A stretch of DNA of 64,000 nt from an uncultured Candidatus Saccharibacteria bacterium (GTDB lineage Bacteria > Patescibacteriota > WWE3 > UBA101185 > 2-01-FULL-41-18). A model generated the notes under the pieces. The model was not told the DNA's origin, made no database searches, and saw only the letters and a program-made list of their open reading frames with translations. Position numbers and translations under genes: made by a program. Every line of letters begins with the position of its first letter. Position 1 is the first letter of the stretch. Below, one piece after another: positions 1-8,955 of the stretch. Location: contig CAZWQF010000006.1 in assembly GCA_964636285.1 (NCBI GenBank), positions 938-64,937 of the forward strand, written 5' to 3'.

Positions 1-210
1 GTCCAGGGAAACCTTATACTTGCTGACCGCGGATCTAGGCATGGTACATTCATTTCAACCACTGAAGATCCCCAGGCACACAGACTAAAAAGAGGGGGGA
101 ACCTTACAGGCACCTTAAATATCACACAGCCAACAGAAATTTATCTACCTCTCCAGAAAGACACCGCAGGGAAAACTATATACTTAAAATTGGATTGTGA
201 TAAAAACTAA
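1..210 (+). CDS. 3' fragment of a probable FHA-domain protein (cut by window edge)
   Basis: Frame 1 is open from base 1 to TAA at 208-210: VQGNLILADRGSRHGTFISTTED... The LxDxGSxxGTF segment resembles the FHA motif DLGSTNGTF. Confidence 0.45.
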   Translation, partial: VQGNLILADRGSRHGTFISTTEDPQAHRLKRGGNLTGTLNITQPTEIYLPLQKDTAGKTIYLKLDCDKN

Positions 211-1442
211 TATATAACCCCGCCTCCCAGTACTTTTCCTTTATCTACCAGATCATAAAAAACAGCGCTCTGTCCTGGAGCAACTCCAACCGTGTATTCA
301 TCAAGCTCTACTTTTAATACTTCCGTTCTTATCCGCTTTGAATCTTGCCCATGAACAGAAGCCTGTTTTCCAGCACCGTCTAAGCTTTTTTTCGAACATA
401 CCCTACAAGCCATCTTCTCCCCCAAATTTCTTATCCGAACAAAACATTTAAGACCTTCCTCCCCAACCCCCTTAGCTTCTCCTGCCTCACCAAATAACCT
501 TGCATATTCGCTTCTTATAAAACTCAGCTCGCCAACCTCAAACTCCTTAACCTCCGAATCCTTTGCAAAACCAACAACAAGCGTATTCGTTTTTGCATCT
601 TTTTTCACAACATACACCGGCATCCCAACATACTTATCAAGCCTAAACCCGTGCCTCTGCCCAATCGTATAGAGCGGAACCCCTTCGTGCTCACCAATAA
701 CTTCCCCCTCAACATTTACAACCGGCCCCTTCTCAACCTCTACGTTCGCCCTTATAAAATCAGCCACATTTATATCTCCAATAAAACAGATTCCAACGCT
801 GTCCGGCTTCTGTGCAGTTGCCAAATTAAATCTTTTAGCAAGTTCTCTTGTCTCACTTTTCTCATAGTCACCAAGTGGAAAAAGCGAATGGGAAAGGGCT
901 TCCTGACCTAACCTAAATAAAAAGTAACTTTGGTCTTTTCCATCATCAACTCCGGATAAAAGATCATATTCTTGCAATAAGTCTCCACCCACTTTAGCCG
1001 TAGCCTTCCCTTCCACCTGACTTACCCGAGCATAGTGTCCTGTTGCAACAAAATCAAAACCCTCCTTCAAAGCCCATTTTAAAAAAAGCCCAAACTTAAT
1101 CTCCTTATTACACATAATATCTGGGTTTGGAGTTTTACCCGCTTTCACCTCATCAAAAAAATATTTCAAAACAGTGTCTTTATACTCTGAAACAAAATTC
1201 AAGTCCTTAAAAGAAATTCCAAGAGTAGATGCAATTTTAATAGCGTCTCTTCTATCCTCGTTACCTTTACAACCAGGTAAGTTATAGTCCCAACACTGCA
1301 TGTGCACCCCAACAACATCAAACCCAAGGTCAACCAAAATCTTTGCTGCCACAGAACTATCAACACCACCTGATAACCCAACTGCAACCTTCACAGACCT
1401 CCCAAACTTTTCTTTAACTTGTCTTAAATATTCGTTTTTCAT
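207..1442 (-). CDS. mnmA: tRNA 2-thiouridine(34) synthase
   Basis: SGGVDS PP-loop, NPDIMCNKEIKF, ATGHY, KDQSYFL, GICFIG, PGQSAVFY motifs. Confidence 0.97.
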   Translation of the reverse strand: MKNEYLRQVKEKFGRSVKVAVGLSGGVDSSVAAKILVDLGFDVVGVHMQCWDYNLPGCKGNEDRRDAIKIASTLGISFKDLNFVSEYKDTVLKYFFDEVKAGKTPNPDIMCNKEIKFGLFLKWALKEGFDFVATGHYARVSQVEGKATAKVGGDLLQEYDLLSGVDDGKDQSYFLFRLGQEALSHSLFPLGDYEKSETRELAKRFNLATAQKPDSVGICFIGDINVADFIRANVEVEKGPVVNVEGEVIGEHEGVPLYTIGQRHGFRLDKYVGMPVYVVKKDAKTNTLVVGFAKDSEVKEFEVGELSFIRSEYARLFGEAGEAKGVGEEGLKCFVRIRNLGEKMACRVCSKKSLDGAGKQASVHGQDSKRIRTEVLKVELDEYTVGVAPGQSAVFYDLVDKGKVLGGGVIY

Positions 1443-1493
1443 CTTGTTTCTTAAACAATAAATACAGTTTCAATTATAGTGTATAATCCCCTG

Positions 1494-2549
1494 GTGCATA
1501 AAATACCGGCACAAGAGACAGGCACCAACTATAACTCAGAACCAAATGAGATAAAAACCGCTATTCAAAACTCCAAAAACATAGCACTTTTCCTACATAG
1601 AAGCCCTGACCTTGATAGCCTTTGCTCAAACTACGCCATGCATGTTTATCTGGAGTCAATCAAAAAGCCACATACACTTTTTAGTTTGGATAAAGTACCT
1701 AATTCTTATGATCTCTTTGATACTTCCTTTATAAAATCGAATGAGGATCCGGCAAAACTAGACTTTTCGCCTTTTGATCTTGTAATTGGAATTGATATGG
1801 GTAGCCCTTCCGTTTCTACACAGGAAAAAAGCTTCAGTTTCCCAGAGCTTGGGTTGAATGGAGAAAAGCTATTAAAAATTAATATAGATCACCATGACAA
1901 CTCATTTTGGGGGGACATCAATTATTCGTTTGCTCACAGAAATTCGGCTTGTTCTATTCTTTTCACACTATTTCAGGCATTTGGATTTGAAGTTAAAAAT
2001 AACCTAGCGAACGTTCTACTATTAGGGCACCTTGCTGATACAGGCGTTTTTCAAAACCAACTTACATCCGAGGACTTAAGAGTTTCAGCGGAATTAATTG
2101 ATAGGGGCGCTGACGGGGCAAAAATGATATGGTATCTTAATTTTAATCTTGACTACTTAGCTTTTAAACGCAGGGCATATGTTCTTTCTAAAACAACTAT
2201 GGATAGAGAAAGAAACATCGCATACTCAAGCCTATCAATAAAAGAGAACCAAGACCTTGGGATTTCCCCAGAACTAGATGTTGATATGAATGGAAAGGAA
2301 GTACAGGATATTCGGAGGATTAAAGGGATAAATTTTGCAATGTTCTTTAAGGAAAAATCCGATAATAGAGTAACGGTAAGCTTTAGATCAAATAATCCAG
2401 AGTTTGATGTGTCAAAAATTGCTGTGCTGCTTGGAGGCGGAGGTCATAAAAATGCTGCTGCCGCTATGGTTCCAGATTCAACTTTAGACGAGGCTATAAA
2501 GTACGTCTTAAAAGTTATTGATGCCTATAATGAGCGCTCCCTTGAATAA
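1494..2549 (+). CDS. DHH/DHHA1 phosphoesterase (NrnA-like)
   Basis: HxSPDxD, DHH, DTG and GGGH motifs. Start placed at in-frame GTG 1494, 6 nt after TATAAT (1482-1487). Confidence 0.9.
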   Translation: MHKIPAQETGTNYNSEPNEIKTAIQNSKNIALFLHRSPDLDSLCSNYAMHVYLESIKKPHTLFSLDKVPNSYDLFDTSFIKSNEDPAKLDFSPFDLVIGIDMGSPSVSTQEKSFSFPELGLNGEKLLKINIDHHDNSFWGDINYSFAHRNSACSILFTLFQAFGFEVKNNLANVLLLGHLADTGVFQNQLTSEDLRVSAELIDRGADGAKMIWYLNFNLDYLAFKRRAYVLSKTTMDRERNIAYSSLSIKENQDLGISPELDVDMNGKEVQDIRRIKGINFAMFFKEKSDNRVTVSFRSNNPEFDVSKIAVLLGGGGHKNAAAAMVPDSTLDEAIKYVLKVIDAYNERSLE

Positions 2550-2558
2550 TTAAGCTAG

Positions 2559-3143
2559 TTATTTTTTAGCTACAGGGCTTACTTCAAAACCCTCCTTATT
2601 TAACGAAGCAATAAGACTCTGAGCTTCTTCCTCTGAGATTTTAAATACCAAAGCCTCGTGCTGATCAAAAGTAGCCAAAATAAGTGACTTGAGTTTTTCC
2701 TGTGGGGAATCCACAAGGTCCATCAAATAAACTTTTTTGACGTCATCAAGATAGGATAGGGCCTCAGATTTATGATTTCTTGATAAGTCAGAGTTTTCAA
2801 TTGAAACTTTTACTTTTTTAAGAGTTTCAAGGCCTTGATCCCTCTTAAGGTAAAGGTCAACCCCACTCATTCCAGACCTAACCTCAAGCTCATGAGTGTT
2901 TAAGGCTCTTAAAAGCCTTACTCTAGATTCGCCCAAATTCTTCTCTTCATTTGATGCTTCTGCCTTTCCAATACCTGAAAAGACTTTGGAGATGTTATCT
3001 ACAACTATCTCAAAGAAAGTTTTTCTTGAGTCTGAGTTTTTATATTCTTCTGGTGATGCTGAATAAACCCTTGTTAAAGGGACGCATAAAAATGCTACCG
3101 AATAAACTAAAACAGCTATAACGGACAACTTTGATATTTTCAT
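2559..3143 (-). CDS. Hypothetical secreted helical protein
   Basis: N-terminal signal-peptide-like segment; background composition; about 70 nt leader ending GAAAGG. Confidence 0.6.
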   Translation of the reverse strand: MKISKLSVIAVLVYSVAFLCVPLTRVYSASPEEYKNSDSRKTFFEIVVDNISKVFSGIGKAEASNEEKNLGESRVRLLRALNTHELEVRSGMSGVDLYLKRDQGLETLKKVKVSIENSDLSRNHKSEALSYLDDVKKVYLMDLVDSPQEKLKSLILATFDQHEALVFKISEEEAQSLIASLNKEGFEVSPVAKK

Positions 3144-3326
3144 AGACCTTTCTGGGCTGGCTACAGGAAAATGGCAGATTGCCGGCAGTGAATGATCTTA
3201 CAAGATAACGGTGAGAATTTTAACATATATTGAGGGCATAATCAACCTTAAGAGAGGTAAAGAATATGCTGTAGGTAAGAGATAAAACGGCTATCAAACT
3301 TGTGTTTTGGCCGTGATTTATGGGAT

Positions 3327-4295
3327 TTAGCTATGGTGAAGCCTTTTAAAGACCGCTTCCGCCGCAATCGCACCTTCAGAAGCAGCGGTAACAAGCTGTG
3401 CAAACCTATTTGAGGCGGTTGTAACATCACCAGCCGCATAAAGGCCGTCAACATTTGTGCTTTGATCTTCGGCTACTTTAATATAGCCTCTGTCGGTTAC
3501 TTCAACCCCAAGGGTTTTTGCCAGAGTGTTTTCCGGGTCAAAACCTATTTCAATGAAAACACCGTCCAAAGCAAGGGTAGTGGAGCCGTTGTAAGGTTTA
3601 TCAAGCGTTACCTCTTGGACTTTTGAAGATCCTTTGATTTCAGTCACGTTTGTATCAAGAATAAATTCTATTTTTGGATTACTTTTTGCTTTATCAATGT
3701 TTCCAGGCTTAGCTCTAAAATCTGATCTTCTGTGAATCAAATATACTTTTGATGCGTTGTTTGCAAGATCAAGGGCACCGCCAATTGCAGCGTCGCCACC
3801 GCCAATAACGGCTGTAACTTTGTTTCTAAAAAACGGGCCGTCGCATGTAGCGCAGTAACTCACACCCCTTCCTGACAGCTCGTTTTCTCCGGGAACTCCA
3901 AGGTGTCTGTGGTTTGCCCCGCTGGTTAAAATCACAGTCTTTGCAATTATCCTTGTGTACCCATCTCCTGAGTCTGTAATAGCCTCAAACCCACCCTCCA
4001 CTTTTTTAACTGACTCCACAAAGGCGCTAACAAGGTTTGCGCCAAGGCTTCTTGCATGGTCTTCATAGTTTTGTGCAAGCTCAGGGCCTGTAATTTTCTT
4101 TGAACCAGGCCAGTTTTCTATTTCGCCTGTATTTAAGATTTGACCTCCAAAATCTTTTGAAACAAGCACGGTTTTAAGGTTGTACCTAACAGCATAAATT
4201 GCGGAAGTGAGCCCTGCAGCTCCACCACCTATGATTAAAAGGTCACAAACAAACGGCTCCTTATTCGAATCTAAAAATGAAGTTTGTAAATCCAT
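3327..4295 (-). CDS. trxB: Thioredoxin-disulfide reductase
   Basis: GGGAAG FAD motif, CATCDG redox motif, GGGDAA, HRR, AAGD. Confidence 0.93.
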   Translation of the reverse strand: MDLQTSFLDSNKEPFVCDLLIIGGGAAGLTSAIYAVRYNLKTVLVSKDFGGQILNTGEIENWPGSKKITGPELAQNYEDHARSLGANLVSAFVESVKKVEGGFEAITDSGDGYTRIIAKTVILTSGANHRHLGVPGENELSGRGVSYCATCDGPFFRNKVTAVIGGGDAAIGGALDLANNASKVYLIHRRSDFRAKPGNIDKAKSNPKIEFILDTNVTEIKGSSKVQEVTLDKPYNGSTTLALDGVFIEIGFDPENTLAKTLGVEVTDRGYIKVAEDQSTNVDGLYAAGDVTTASNRFAQLVTAASEGAIAAEAVFKRLHHS

Positions 4296-4345
4296 CAGAC
4301 TGAAATTCTAAACCTAAAGTTAAGTTTAGAAAAGAATTAATACAC

Positions 4346-4828
4346 CTAAGCCCTACCGTGCTCAATAAGCTGGTGCGCTTCCTCCATTGCTTGAATAATA
4401 TCACCTACTAAAAGCTGAGCATCTCTAAAAGTAAGTTTTCTAAAGTTATGAGGGTAATAATGGAACACAAGATTTCTTCCGTTCTTCCAAACAGCCCAAA
4501 GAAATTCAGAAAGGTCTCTATCAGGAATATGCCTTGGGATTCTTGCATAAACATTCTTGTTCTCGTGCGAAAAAGTTGGGTTCAAAATTCTTCCTATCCT
4601 AACGTCATCACCAAAAAATTCGTTTTTATCTATTAAATGAAGATCAAGAAATAGCTTTTTAAGAAACCCCTCATAAGCTTTTGAGAAAGGAAACACAAGG
4701 TACGAATAATCAGAAATCTTGTTGTTGTGCTCAGAAACATCCGCTAAAAGAATTTCCCCGTCAGAAACTAGCCCCTGCAAATTTTCGCCAAGATACTCCC
4801 AAAGTTTTGAAGTTCTATTAATAAGCAT
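4346..4828 (-). CDS. Stand-alone HEPN-like protein (RnlA C-terminal-like)
   Basis: KAYEGFLK helix and Rx4H motif RNLVFH. Confidence 0.55.
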   Translation of the reverse strand: MLINRTSKLWEYLGENLQGLVSDGEILLADVSEHNNKISDYSYLVFPFSKAYEGFLKKLFLDLHLIDKNEFFGDDVRIGRILNPTFSHENKNVYARIPRHIPDRDLSEFLWAVWKNGRNLVFHYYPHNFRKLTFRDAQLLVGDIIQAMEEAHQLIEHGRA

Positions 4829-4896
4829 GAGGTATTTATATCAGAAAAGAATTGAGGGTTGAAGATTTTGTAACGATGAGTTGTTTTAGAAAGTAG

Positions 4897-4943
4897 AAGA
4901 GCCGCCCGTATGTCCAGAAAAATCTGACAAACGAGCGGCCCTT
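4897..4943 (-). terminator. Long imperfect 3' hairpin of island 1
   Basis: Minus strand AAGGGCCGCTCGT...ACGGGCGGCTCTT followed by CTACTTTCT. Confidence 0.7.
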
Positions 4944-4979
4944 GCCGGTCAAGTAAGGGTTGTGAGCGAAGCCCTAATT

Positions 4980-5288
4980 CTAGGCTTTGACGTTGATGGT
5001 GCCCGCACCCCACTCATTGTTACAAACTGAGCAGTGGTGATCCGCACCTGGGTGTCGAAGGCCTCCCTTGATGGTCACGTCCTTGGTCATCACGCTTTGA
5101 CAAGAGCCGTAGCACTGAGGGCAACCGCACCCACAAAGCTCAGGACCTTGGCTTCTTGCAGTCGGGTGGTAGCCCTGGACACTCTCGGCCGAACCTCCTT
5201 GACGCGGATTCCCGGCACCGGTCCCTGACCCCGAATTTCCAACGACCACGTTCTTCGTACGCCCGCCCCATAACGCTGACAAAGGCAT
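4980..5288 (-). CDS. Orphan island 1: 102 aa Gly-rich, Cys/His-rich protein
   Basis: GC-rich ORF; AGAGGA 4 nt before ATG; CGCGCPQCYGSC and HHCSVC motifs. Confidence 0.7.
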   Translation of the reverse strand: MPLSALWGGRTKNVVVGNSGSGTGAGNPRQGGSAESVQGYHPTARSQGPELCGCGCPQCYGSCQSVMTKDVTIKGGLRHPGADHHCSVCNNEWGAGTINVKA

Positions 5289-5372
5289 GGTATCCTCTAT
5301 TCTTCTTGGGCTGCCGTTACAACAGCCTAGTTTTGTGTGAGGATTCTAACACTATAGGTATGCATTTATCAA
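5289..5372 (-). promoter_or_regulatory. Island 1 promoter and leader
   Basis: TTGATA-18-TAGAAT with CTATAG in the spacer; leader CACACAAAAC; hairpin GGCTGTTG/CGGCAGCC; SD AGAGGA. Confidence 0.65.
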
Positions 5373-5421
5373 ATCCCAATAAACCTTGTACCTTTTTTCT
5401 TTAGCCAATATACTAAAACCT

Positions 5422-8124
5422 ATGTACTACACCAAAACTGCCGACGACGTTCTTTTAGAACTCAAAACCTCCGCCACAACTGGCCTTTCGCTTAATGACG
5501 CTTCCCAAAAACTCATCACAAACGGATTCAACGAGCTTCCTGAACCAAAAAAAGAGCCCCTCATACTTAAATTTCTTTCAGAATTCACAGACCCGTTGAT
5601 CATCCTCTTAATTATTGCGTCAGGAATTTCATATTTTCTTGGCGAAGGGATAGACGCACTCGCCATCATCGCAATCGTAATCATCAACGCAGTTATAGGC
5701 TTTTCACAGGAATATAAAGCCGAAAAAGCCATAGAAGCGCTAAAAAAGATGTCCGCTTCGTTTACAAAAGTTTTAAGAGATGGGGAAGTTCACAAAATAG
5801 AGGCAAAGAAACTTGTTGTTGGAGACATAATTCTCCTTGAAGCAGGAGACAAAGTACCAGCAGACGCAAGACTAATAGAGTGTGCAAACCTTGAGGTCTC
5901 AGAAGCAGTTATCACAGGAGAATCAGTGCCCGTAAAAAAATCACTTAATGTAATTTTGCAAGAAGGCCTTGCATTAGGTGACCAGAAAAATATGGTTTTT
6001 AAAGACACCTCAGTTGTTTACGGCAGGGCTAGAGCAATAGTCACAAGCACTGGCGCAGGTACGGAAGTAGGAAAAATCTCAACTCTTCTTAAAGAGGAGG
6101 AAACTGAACAAACACCTCTTCAAAAAGAAATAACAAAAGTTGGGAAAAGCCTAAGTATAGCTGCCTTATTAATAATTGTAGTTATATTTCTAACTGAAAT
6201 TTTCTTTGATGGAACAGATTTAAAACTCGCCTTTTTGAGCTCAGTAAGTCTTGCTGTTGCAGCCATACCTGAAGGTCTTCCTGCGGTCATTACCATTGTG
6301 TTAGCAATTGGAGTAACACGACTTGCAGCAAAAAAAGCCATCATAAGAAAGCTCCCCGCAGTGGAAACTCTGGGCGCAACAACTCACATTCTCACTGATA
6401 AAACAGGAACTCTTACACAAAATAGAATGGTTGTAACGGATCTTTATCTATCAGGTAACCAAGAATACAAAGTAGACGGCCAAGGGTACAATCCAAAAGG
6501 CTTTTTCTACAATAGTAGCAATGTGAAAGTAGAACCTAGGGAGCATGATAATTTATATAACCTTTTAAAATATGGTGCACTTTGTAACGATTCAACTCTC
6601 ACTGAAAACAAGGAAACAAATAAATGGGAAATTGTTGGGGATATAACCGAAGGAGCACTTGTAGTTACAACTGAAAAAGCAGGGATCAGCTATAAAAAAT
6701 TGAGAGATGAAAATAAAAGAATATACGAGATGCCTTTCTCTTCGATAACAAAAATAATGGCAACAGTGCACCGTACAGAAACAGGTAAAGCTCTAGTTGT
6801 TGTAAAGGGAGCTCCTGAAGTTATTGTTACAAAGTGCAAAATGCAAGAAGCGGATAGAAAACAAATTTTGGAGAAAGTTGATTACTACGCATCAGAAGGA
6901 CTCAGGAGTTTGGGTTTTTGCACTAAAGAAATAGATATTTCAGAGATTGATACCCTTGTTAACTCAGATGAAACAAAGAAAGAATCTCTAGAACAAAAAT
7001 TAATATCAGACTTAATTTTTACTGGAATTATGTGCCAAAAAGATCCTCTTAGACTAGAAGTTAAGGATGCTGTTTTTGAAGCACAGAAAGCAGGTATCAC
7101 AACAGTCATGGTGACAGGAGACCATAAGCTTACTGCGGTATCAATTGCAAAAGAGCTTGGAATTGCAAAAAGCGCGGAAGATGCAATGACTGGGGAGGAA
7201 ATTGCAAAACTAAGTCAAGAAGAGTTTGAACAAATCGTAATTACTAAAAGAGTTTTTGCAAGGGTATCGCCTGAACAAAAACTTAAACTTGTAAAGGCAT
7301 TTAAAAAAGCAAAAAACATTGTTGCTGTAACAGGCGATGGGGTTAATGACGCTCCTGCAATTAAAGCTGCGGATATAGGCATCTCAATGGGAATTGAGGG
7401 TACAGATGTTTCAAAAGAAGCATCAGACATGATTCTTCAGAATGACAACTACGCCACAATAGTTGCTGCAATTGAAGAGGGTAGAATTGTATTTGATAAT
7501 TTAATTAAATTTATTACTTACTTAATCTCGTGCAACATTTCAGAGATAATAATAATCTTTTTGTCGGCAGTTTTGAGAGATCCATTACCACTTCTTCCAA
7601 TACATCTACTATGGATAAATCTTGTTACAGATGGCTTTCCTTCCTTAGCTCTTGGTATGGAGCCTGGGGAAAAAGACATTATGAAAAGAGCCCCAAGACG
7701 TATATCAGAGGGAATTTTAAATTCCAAAAGATGGTTAATTATGGCTTTAGAAGGTGTGACTATGGGCTTAGCAGTATTTACTGCTTTTAAAGTTTCGAAC
7801 CATTACTTTGGTATTGATGTAGCAAGGACTGTAACTTTCTTGGCGCTTAATTTGGCCCAGCTTGTTCATTCGTTAAATAGTAGATCAGAGAAAAAATCTC
7901 TATTTAGTATAGGAGTTACAGGCAATAAGCTTTTACTTGGAGTTTTTGTTGTTTCCATAGCTGCTCAATTTCCTGTGATATATAGCGTAGTTGGAGAAAA
8001 ATTGTTCAAAGCTGTTGACCTTAACCTGGCACAACTTGGGATTGCATTTGCAGCTGCCTGCGTTCCGTTTGTAGTTGTAGAGGTGTTAAAAGTCTTCAGA
8101 CGAATGGAAAAAGCTAGCGCATAA
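5422..8124 (+). CDS. P-type ATPase, Ca2+-transporting (type IIA-like)
   Basis: TGES, PEGL, DKTGTLT, KGAPE, TGD and GDGVND motifs. Start at ATG 5422, 7 nt after TATACT. Confidence 0.93.
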   Translation: MYYTKTADDVLLELKTSATTGLSLNDASQKLITNGFNELPEPKKEPLILKFLSEFTDPLIILLIIASGISYFLGEGIDALAIIAIVIINAVIGFSQEYKAEKAIEALKKMSASFTKVLRDGEVHKIEAKKLVVGDIILLEAGDKVPADARLIECANLEVSEAVITGESVPVKKSLNVILQEGLALGDQKNMVFKDTSVVYGRARAIVTSTGAGTEVGKISTLLKEEETEQTPLQKEITKVGKSLSIAALLIIVVIFLTEIFFDGTDLKLAFLSSVSLAVAAIPEGLPAVITIVLAIGVTRLAAKKAIIRKLPAVETLGATTHILTDKTGTLTQNRMVVTDLYLSGNQEYKVDGQGYNPKGFFYNSSNVKVEPREHDNLYNLLKYGALCNDSTLTENKETNKWEIVGDITEGALVVTTEKAGISYKKLRDENKRIYEMPFSSITKIMATVHRTETGKALVVVKGAPEVIVTKCKMQEADRKQILEKVDYYASEGLRSLGFCTKEIDISEIDTLVNSDETKKESLEQKLISDLIFTGIMCQKDPLRLEVKDAVFEAQKAGITTVMVTGDHKLTAVSIAKELGIAKSAEDAMTGEEIAKLSQEEFEQIVITKRVFARVSPEQKLKLVKAFKKAKNIVAVTGDGVNDAPAIKAADIGISMGIEGTDVSKEASDMILQNDNYATIVAAIEEGRIVFDNLIKFITYLISCNISEIIIIFLSAVLRDPLPLLPIHLLWINLVTDGFPSLALGMEPGEKDIMKRAPRRISEGILNSKRWLIMALEGVTMGLAVFTAFKVSNHYFGIDVARTVTFLALNLAQLVHSLNSRSEKKSLFSIGVTGNKLLLGVFVVSIAAQFPVIYSVVGEKLFKAVDLNLAQLGIAFAAACVPFVVVEVLKVFRRMEKASA

Positions 8125-8125
8125 A

Positions 8126-8154
8126 CAAAAAACGACCGGTTTTAAACGGTCGTT
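8126..8154 (-). terminator. Intrinsic terminator of island 2
   Basis: AACGACCG/CGGTCGTT stem with T-tract on the minus strand. Confidence 0.75.
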
Positions 8155-8296
8155 ACTTGTCTTGAAAAAACCAGGCGTTATGCCTCACTTTCTCAAGCAA
8201 AACACATTCAACGGTATCAAGAGCCGTTTACCAATTTGTAAAAGGTCCTTGCGGAGTCAGTCTTCAAATTGGCTGTGTTCTCTACGAAGTCAGAGC
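8155..8296 (-). other. Multi-stem structured 3' UTR or possible ncRNA of island 2
   Basis: Hand-folded stems: AACACA/TGTGTT enclosing GCCAATTTG/CAAATTGGT (TCC-GCAA-GGA tip) and AACGG/CCGTT, then CTTGAGAAA/TTTTTCAAG. Confidence 0.45.
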
Positions 8297-8803
8297 TTAG
8301 TAGTCCCCACCCCACTCTGGATCGTCATAGTAGCCGTCTCTCAGACGTGCCCAGTCCAGAGCTTCAAGACTATGAGGACTCAAGGCCGGAGGAACAGGAA
8401 ACACCACCCCGGTTTGTTGAAAGAGAAAAGCTCTTCGAGCTTTCACCTCCAAAGCTTTCTGCTCCTCAAGAAGACGAAGCCTACCCTCCTCATTCTTCAG
8501 GTGCTTCTGAATATAAGGCCTGAGCTCAGATGGAAAGCTTCCCATCATGCTGGACAAGAGCTCCATAGAGGCCACATTGAACTCCGGGTCCTTGCCGTGC
8601 CACACCATTACGGTCAAGGGCGACTTGGCAACAACCACAATAGTAACTGGAAGCAATGCCCTGCCAGAGCGCCTCTGCCAAGCTTCGACCTGATGGCCAA
8701 TAAGAAGCTGAAGCTCCCAATGACTTTTGACCAAACCTTTGCTCCAGACACGGCCCGAGCACTCAACACCTTCCTCCCCAATCACAAAATAGTTGTATCT
8801 CAT
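8297..8803 (-). CDS. Orphan island 2: 168 aa hypothetical protein
   Basis: AAGGAGG 5 nt before ATG 8803; GC-rich; coiled-coil-like segment and acidic tail. Confidence 0.75.
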   Translation of the reverse strand: MRYNYFVIGEEGVECSGRVWSKGLVKSHWELQLLIGHQVEAWQRRSGRALLPVTIVVVAKSPLTVMVWHGKDPEFNVASMELLSSMMGSFPSELRPYIQKHLKNEEGRLRLLEEQKALEVKARRAFLFQQTGVVFPVPPALSPHSLEALDWARLRDGYYDDPEWGGDY

Positions 8804-8874
8804 GACACCCTCCTTAGGCGTCAAGCCTGTTGTTGAATTTGGAAGATTCTACACTTTATCCACAGAATTATCAA
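8804..8874 (-). promoter_or_regulatory. Island 2 promoter and leader, with a perfect DnaA box in the spacer
   Basis: TTGATA-17-TAGAAT; TTATCCACA at 8856-8864; CAACAAC; hairpin AGGC/GCCT; AAGGAGG. Confidence 0.7.
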
Positions 8875-8955
8875 ATACTATAGGTTGGTTGGTTTGCTCT
8901 TTGATCCAAGACAGTTAAGGGCGCGCCAGTATACCCGTCGTGATATCATTACCTC

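Noticed and set aside
3144-3220. Leader of the 2559-3143 gene as a riboswitch (loose likeness to the 3' end of ydaO/c-di-AMP)
   Set aside because: It is too short and lacks the conserved core; only small hairpins are visible. An Rfam scan would settle it.
8162-8836. 224 aa plus-strand ORF, and similar long antisense ORFs at 15772-16200, 22837-23292 and 29701-30051
   Set aside because: These are shadows of GC-rich minus-strand cassette genes; promoter, SD and terminator all point to the minus strand.
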